A stretch of DNA of 64,000 nt from an uncultured delta proteobacterium (GTDB taxonomy: Bacteria; Desulfobacterota; Binatia; Binatales; Binataceae): contig CAVRVY010000003.1 of NCBI GenBank assembly GCA_963724765.1, forward strand, positions 864,001-928,000, in the 5' to 3' direction. Positions 59,615 to 64,000 of the stretch are shown here, one piece after another (position 1 is the stretch's first letter; every line of letters begins with the position of its first letter). The position numbers and the translations under genes were made by a program. The notes under the pieces were generated by a model. The model did not search any database. It was not told where the DNA came from and saw nothing but the letters and a program-made list of their open reading frames with translations.

Positions 59615-60501
59615 AGCTGAGGCGCGCGACCCTTTTTGTCCTGTGCGCCGCCGCTCTGGCCGCGGCGGGATGCACCAAGGTCGAACCGGGCTACGCCGGC
59701 ATTCGGGTCAATCTCTACGGCAGCCAGCGCGGCGTCAGCAGCCTGCCGCTGGTGACCGGCCGCGTCTGGTACAACCCGCTGACCGAGGAAATCTACCAGT
59801 TCCCGACTTACATGCAGAACGTGGTGTGGACCCGCACCGCCAGCGAAGGGCGCCCATTTGACGAGAGCTTCACCGCCAACTCGCGCGAGGGCGTGCCGTT
59901 CAACTTCGACGTCGGCGTAAGCTACCAGATCGAAGCCGACAAGGTGCCGTCGATCTTTCTCAAGTTCCGCGAGGACGCCCACACTCTTACCACCGTCTAC
60001 ATCCGTAACCAGGTGCGCGACGCCTTCAGCATCGAGGCAAGCAAGATGGCGATCATGGACATCGTCGGTCCCGGCAAGCCGCATCTGCTCAACGCCGTGC
60101 AGCACGATCTCGAAGCCAAGCTCGGCCCCGACGGCATCCACTTCGACAACGTATCGATCATCGGCAAGACCCGCCTGCCCGAACAAGTCGAATCGTCGAT
60201 CAACTCCGTGATTGAGGCCACTCAGCGCGCGCAGGAGGCGCAGAACAAGGTCGCCCAGAGCAGGGCCGAAGCCGAACAGCGCGTCGCCGAGGCCAACGGT
60301 ATCGCCCAGTCGGTGCTGATCAAGGCCAAGGCGCAGGCCGATGCGAATCGCATCCTGAACGAATCGCTGACCCCGATGCTCATCCAGTACGAGGGCCTGC
60401 AGCGATGGAACGGGACACTGCCGCTGATGACCGGCGGCGCAATTCCGATGGTTCAGTTGCCGGCCTTCAATACGACCAAGGAGCCGTCAGGATCACAATG
60501 A
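59611..60501 (+). CDS. SPFH/band-7 domain lipoprotein
   Basis: Lipobox-like AAGC, KVEPGYAGIRV, AQEAQNK..AEAE coiled coil, WNGTLP. Confidence 0.88.
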   Translation: MKLRRATLFVLCAAALAAAGCTKVEPGYAGIRVNLYGSQRGVSSLPLVTGRVWYNPLTEEIYQFPTYMQNVVWTRTASEGRPFDESFTANSREGVPFNFDVGVSYQIEADKVPSIFLKFREDAHTLTTVYIRNQVRDAFSIEASKMAIMDIVGPGKPHLLNAVQHDLEAKLGPDGIHFDNVSIIGKTRLPEQVESSINSVIEATQRAQEAQNKVAQSRAEAEQRVAEANGIAQSVLIKAKAQADANRILNESLTPMLIQYEGLQRWNGTLPLMTGGAIPMVQLPAFNTTKEPSGSQ

Positions 60502-60603
60502 GCGCGCTCTCGGAGCACAGAGCCGCCGGGCTTCTCTTGCAAATGGTGGAGTAGTATTCGGGCGTTATTGCTTCGTCCGGCAAACTATCGAGCAAATACC
60601 TCA

Positions 60604-62673
60604 ATGGCGGCTCCCCCTGAGACGAATGCGGCGGCTCCCAAGCGCGAGCTGGCTGCGATCATGTTCAGTGACATCGCGGGCTACACCGCGATGATGGGGC
60701 GCGACGAGCAGGAGGGGCTGGAAGCGCGCAACAGCCATCGCGAACTGCTGCGCACCATCTTGCCGAGGTTCAATGGACGCCTGTTGGGTGACTTGGGCGA
60801 CGGCGCGCTTTCGAGTTTCCACAGCGCGGTCGATGCGGTCAATTGCGCGCTTGCGTTCCAAGCCGCAAGTGGAAACAACCCTCAGTTCAAAATTCGTGTC
60901 GGAATACACGTCGGCGATGTGTTGTTCTCGGACAACACCGTACTTGGGGATGGCGTAAATGTCGCGTCGCGAATTGTTGCGCTGGCTGATCCCGGCAGAA
61001 TCTGCATCTCGGAAAGAGTTTACGAGGAGATCCGCAATCAGCGTGGAATGGCCGTCAAGAGCTTGGGCCAGAAGCAGCTCAAGAATGTAAGCCGGCCGAT
61101 CGGCGTGTACGTTCTCGCGGAGAGTCCGGATTCCTCCGCTGCCGCAGAGTATTCAGCCCGGACGGGCGGCACGAAAAACCGCGTCGCGCTGGCGGGCGTC
61201 GGAGCGATTGGCATTGCGGTGCTCGCCTATGTCGCGGTGACTCGGCATGCTCCCGCGCCGAACCCCGTAATTACCAATAGTCCTCACGTCATCCGATCGA
61301 TTGCCGTGCTTCCGCTCGATAATTACTCGGGCGATCCGAAGCAGGAATATTTCGCCGACGGGATGACCGATGAATTGACGACCGACCTTGCTACCATCAG
61401 CCAGCTTCGCGTGATCTCGCGCGGCTCAGTAATGCAGTTCAAGGGGGAGCATCGGCCGCCGACTCCGCAGATCGCCAGGATGCTCAACGTCGATGCGGTC
61501 GTGGAAGGTTCGGTGCTTCGAGTCGGCGACAAAGTGCGGATCACCGCCCAACTAATCGACGCGCCGGCGGACAAGCATCTGTGGGCCAAGAGTTTCGAGG
61601 GCGGCTCGCGCGATGTGCTCGCGCTCCAGGACGAATTGGCATCGGCGATCGCAAAAGAGATCAACGTTCAACTGACACCCAACGAGCAGGCGCGGCTGAC
61701 TAGCGCCCCCAGCGTGAATCCCGCGGCGCACGACGCTTACTTGAAGGGCCGCTACTTCATTAACCGCCCGAGTGACGAAAATCTCAAGAAGGCGATCGCG
61801 CAATTCCAAGAGGCGGTCAAATTGGATCCGAACTTTGCGCCCGCGTACTCAGGACTGTCTGATGCCTATCTATGGGCCGGCTTCAACGAAGGAGTCTTTA
61901 CCGCCGCGGAAGCGATGCCCAAGGCCAAGGCGACGGCAGAGAAAGCTGTCCAACTGGACGATAATTCGGCCGAGTCTCACACCTCGCTCGCCGTATTCAA
62001 ACTTTTCTACGAATTTGATTGGGCAGGCTGCGAGACCGAATTTCACCGCGCCTTCGCACTCAATCCAAACTATGCGTTCGCTCATGATCAGTTCGGTGTA
62101 GGGCTTGCCCTCCAGGGCCGGCTCGACGAATCGTTGGCCGAAGGCAAGCGCGCGATCGAACTAGACCCCCTGTCTCCCGAAATCACGCTTGACGCCGCCT
62201 CTGCGCTTGCCTGGCAAGGCAATTACGAAGCGGCCAAACAGCAGGCTCGCAAGGCCGGCGACCTGGATCCGACATTCTTCGCTCCTGATTTTATGGCCGG
62301 GTGGGTCGACATCGAAGCAGGAAAAATCAGCGACGCCATCCCGGAACTGCAGAAGGCCAACGCGATGGATTCTCCAGCGGAGGTTGCTGCGTGGCTCGGA
62401 TACGCCTATGGGGCGTCGGGCGATCGCACCCACGCGATGGCGGAGATCGAAGAGCTGAACAAGAGGTCATTGCATGGGTACGTTCAGCCGTTTCACCTGG
62501 CGATCATTTATCTGGGTTTGGGTGATCGCGCGCGCGCGTTGGATGGCCTGGAAAAAGCCTACGCAGCCCATTCGCAATCGATGGGCTGGCTTAAGATGGA
62601 CAGGATTTTCGATCCGCTGCGCGCGCAGCCGCGCTTCATCGCGTTGATGAAGAAGCTGAACTTCCAAAAGTGA
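60604..62673 (+). CDS. Class III cyclase - TM - TolB-N-like - TPR protein
   Basis: FSDIAGYT, GDG, GDGVNVASR, SIAVLPLDN, YFADGMTDE, TPR repeats. Confidence 0.88.
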   Translation: MAAPPETNAAAPKRELAAIMFSDIAGYTAMMGRDEQEGLEARNSHRELLRTILPRFNGRLLGDLGDGALSSFHSAVDAVNCALAFQAASGNNPQFKIRVGIHVGDVLFSDNTVLGDGVNVASRIVALADPGRICISERVYEEIRNQRGMAVKSLGQKQLKNVSRPIGVYVLAESPDSSAAAEYSARTGGTKNRVALAGVGAIGIAVLAYVAVTRHAPAPNPVITNSPHVIRSIAVLPLDNYSGDPKQEYFADGMTDELTTDLATISQLRVISRGSVMQFKGEHRPPTPQIARMLNVDAVVEGSVLRVGDKVRITAQLIDAPADKHLWAKSFEGGSRDVLALQDELASAIAKEINVQLTPNEQARLTSAPSVNPAAHDAYLKGRYFINRPSDENLKKAIAQFQEAVKLDPNFAPAYSGLSDAYLWAGFNEGVFTAAEAMPKAKATAEKAVQLDDNSAESHTSLAVFKLFYEFDWAGCETEFHRAFALNPNYAFAHDQFGVGLALQGRLDESLAEGKRAIELDPLSPEITLDAASALAWQGNYEAAKQQARKAGDLDPTFFAPDFMAGWVDIEAGKISDAIPELQKANAMDSPAEVAAWLGYAYGASGDRTHAMAEIEELNKRSLHGYVQPFHLAIIYLGLGDRARALDGLEKAYAAHSQSMGWLKMDRIFDPLRAQPRFIALMKKLNFQK

Positions 62674-62813
62674 CCGGGGACTTGATCTGCTGGTCCGGGC
62701 GCGCTCGATCGGCCGCATGGCGGCGAGCGCCGGTTCGCCGCCTCACGCGCGAGGCTGATATACTTTTGCGCCGGCGCGCGCGGCGCGCCCAATCCATACC
62801 GGGTGCATCAACG

Positions 62814-63080
62814 ATGGCTACCAAGGGCAGCAAATTCGACCAGCCCAATCCGTTTACGGACCTCGTCGACCGCGAAATCTACGAGGTCCATCGCCGCTTC
62901 GTCGAGGTGATGGAGGCCGACCGTCTTGCCACCATCAGCGCCGGGACTAAGGAGCAATACCTGCGCATCATGCAGTCGCTCGCCGAGAAACTCGCCGTGC
63001 CGAGCAAGCCGCTCTCGGAAATCGTCGGCGAGGTCATGTCGGAGGCGGCGCCGTTGCTGTTCGCGGCGATGCAGCGCTAA
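62814..63080 (+). CDS. Hypothetical protein
   Basis: MATKGSKFDQ...; host-like codon usage. Confidence 0.6.
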   Translation: MATKGSKFDQPNPFTDLVDREIYEVHRRFVEVMEADRLATISAGTKEQYLRIMQSLAEKLAVPSKPLSEIVGEVMSEAAPLLFAAMQR

Positions 63081-63139
63081 AGCCCGTGCGCGACAGCGCA
63101 CACCAGCCTCGGCGATTTCCTCAGCGAATTTGACTCGGC

Positions 63140-64000
63140 CTACGCGCCCAAATCGTAGGCGTTCTCTTCATGCTCGCTCAAGTCGAGCCCGATGCGTTCG
63201 GCTTCATCGCTCGCCCGCAATCCCACAAGCGCGTCAGTCACTCCGAGCAGGATGAGACTGCCGACAAAGGCGAACGAGATGCTGGTCGCGACCGCGACCA
63301 CCTGGATCAGGAACTGCAGCGGGTTGCCGAAGAACAGCCCATCGGCGCCGGCCGCGTTGACCGCGACGCTGGCGAAAAGCCCGGTCGCAAGCGCGCCCCA
63401 GATGCCGCCCACCGCATGTACGCCAACCACGTCGAGCGCGTCGTCGTAGCCGAAGCGTGCCTTCATCCGCACCGCGAAAAAGCACAACACGCCCGCGCAC
63501 AAACCGATCACCATCGCCGAGATCGGCCCGACGTAGCCCGAAGCCGGCGTTATCGCGACCAGCCCGGCGACCACGCCGCTGGCGACGCCGAGCGTGGTCG
63601 GCTTGCCGAGCACGATCCATTCTGCGAACACCCATCCCAGCGCAGCCCCGGCCGCGCCGATATGCGTCGCGACGAAGGCCGAGGTCGCAAGCCCGTTGGC
63701 GGCGAGCGCGCTGCCGGCGTTAAAGCCGAACCATCCGAACCACAACAGCCCCGCGCCGGTCAGCGTCAGCGTCAGGTTGTGCGGCGGCATCGGCTCGCGC
63801 AAAAAGCCGCGCCGCGGCCCGATGACCAGCACGGCGGCGAGCGCCGAGGTCCCCGAGGAAATATGCACCACCGTGCCGCCCGCGAAATCCAGCGCGCCCA
63901 GCCGATGCAGCCATCCATCGACGCCCCATACCCAGTGCGCTAGCGGATCGTAGATCAACGTCATCCAGAGCAGGCTGAAAACCAGAAAGCCCTTGAACGA
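63140..64000 (-). CDS. amtB: Ammonium transporter (5' end outside window)
   Basis: DFAGGTVVH, WFGWFGFNAGS, AGLVAITP, DDALDV.GVH. Confidence 0.96.
   Translation of the reverse strand, partial: SFKGFLVFSLLWMTLIYDPLAHWVWGVDGWLHRLGALDFAGGTVVHISSGTSALAAVLVIGPRRGFLREPMPPHNLTLTLTGAGLLWFGWFGFNAGSALAANGLATSAFVATHIGAAGAALGWVFAEWIVLGKPTTLGVASGVVAGLVAITPASGYVGPISAMVIGLCAGVLCFFAVRMKARFGYDDALDVVGVHAVGGIWGALATGLFASVAVNAAGADGLFFGNPLQFLIQVVAVATSISFAFVGSLILLGVTDALVGLRASDEAERIGLDLSEHEENAYDLGA

Overview
High-GC bacterial chromosomal segment. PpiD, DksA and lipoproteins imply a diderm host; gene content resembles soil Binatota/deltaproteobacteria-like genomes, which is inference only. Core genes include gyrA (5'-truncated), two MaoC paralogs, frmA, cobB-cobQ-chdC, a propionyl-CoA carboxylase/methylmalonyl-CoA mutase run, P450, LLM oxidoreductases, galU, dksA, larC-queE, ppiD, mreBCD-mrdA-rodA and amtB (partial). 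Three things are not shown by the ORF track. (1) A CxxU Rdx/SelW-type selenoprotein at 13829-14179 with an in-frame UGA and a SECIS-like hairpin. (2) tRNA-Ala(CGC) at 44375-44447, followed by a visibly more AT-rich island of about 16.6 kb (27739-44374) with no intact integrase, a decayed IS3 and many gene fragments. (3) Inside the island, two parallel minus-strand cassettes share a promoter-like motif (three copies) and a tRNA-end-associated repeat. Each runs [zinc-ribbon nucleotide cyclase/ATPase/TPR gene or its stump] -> [small unknown protein] -> [putative isoprenoid-modifying enzyme]: a ComQ-like DDxxD protein in one, a prenyl-diphosphate-methyltransferase-like enzyme in the other. This is the best candidate for an undescribed system. 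Two single-base frameshifts (acyl-CoA dehydrogenase, mutase) may be sequencing errors. No CRISPR array or rRNA was seen. All family assignments come from motif recognition, not database searches.
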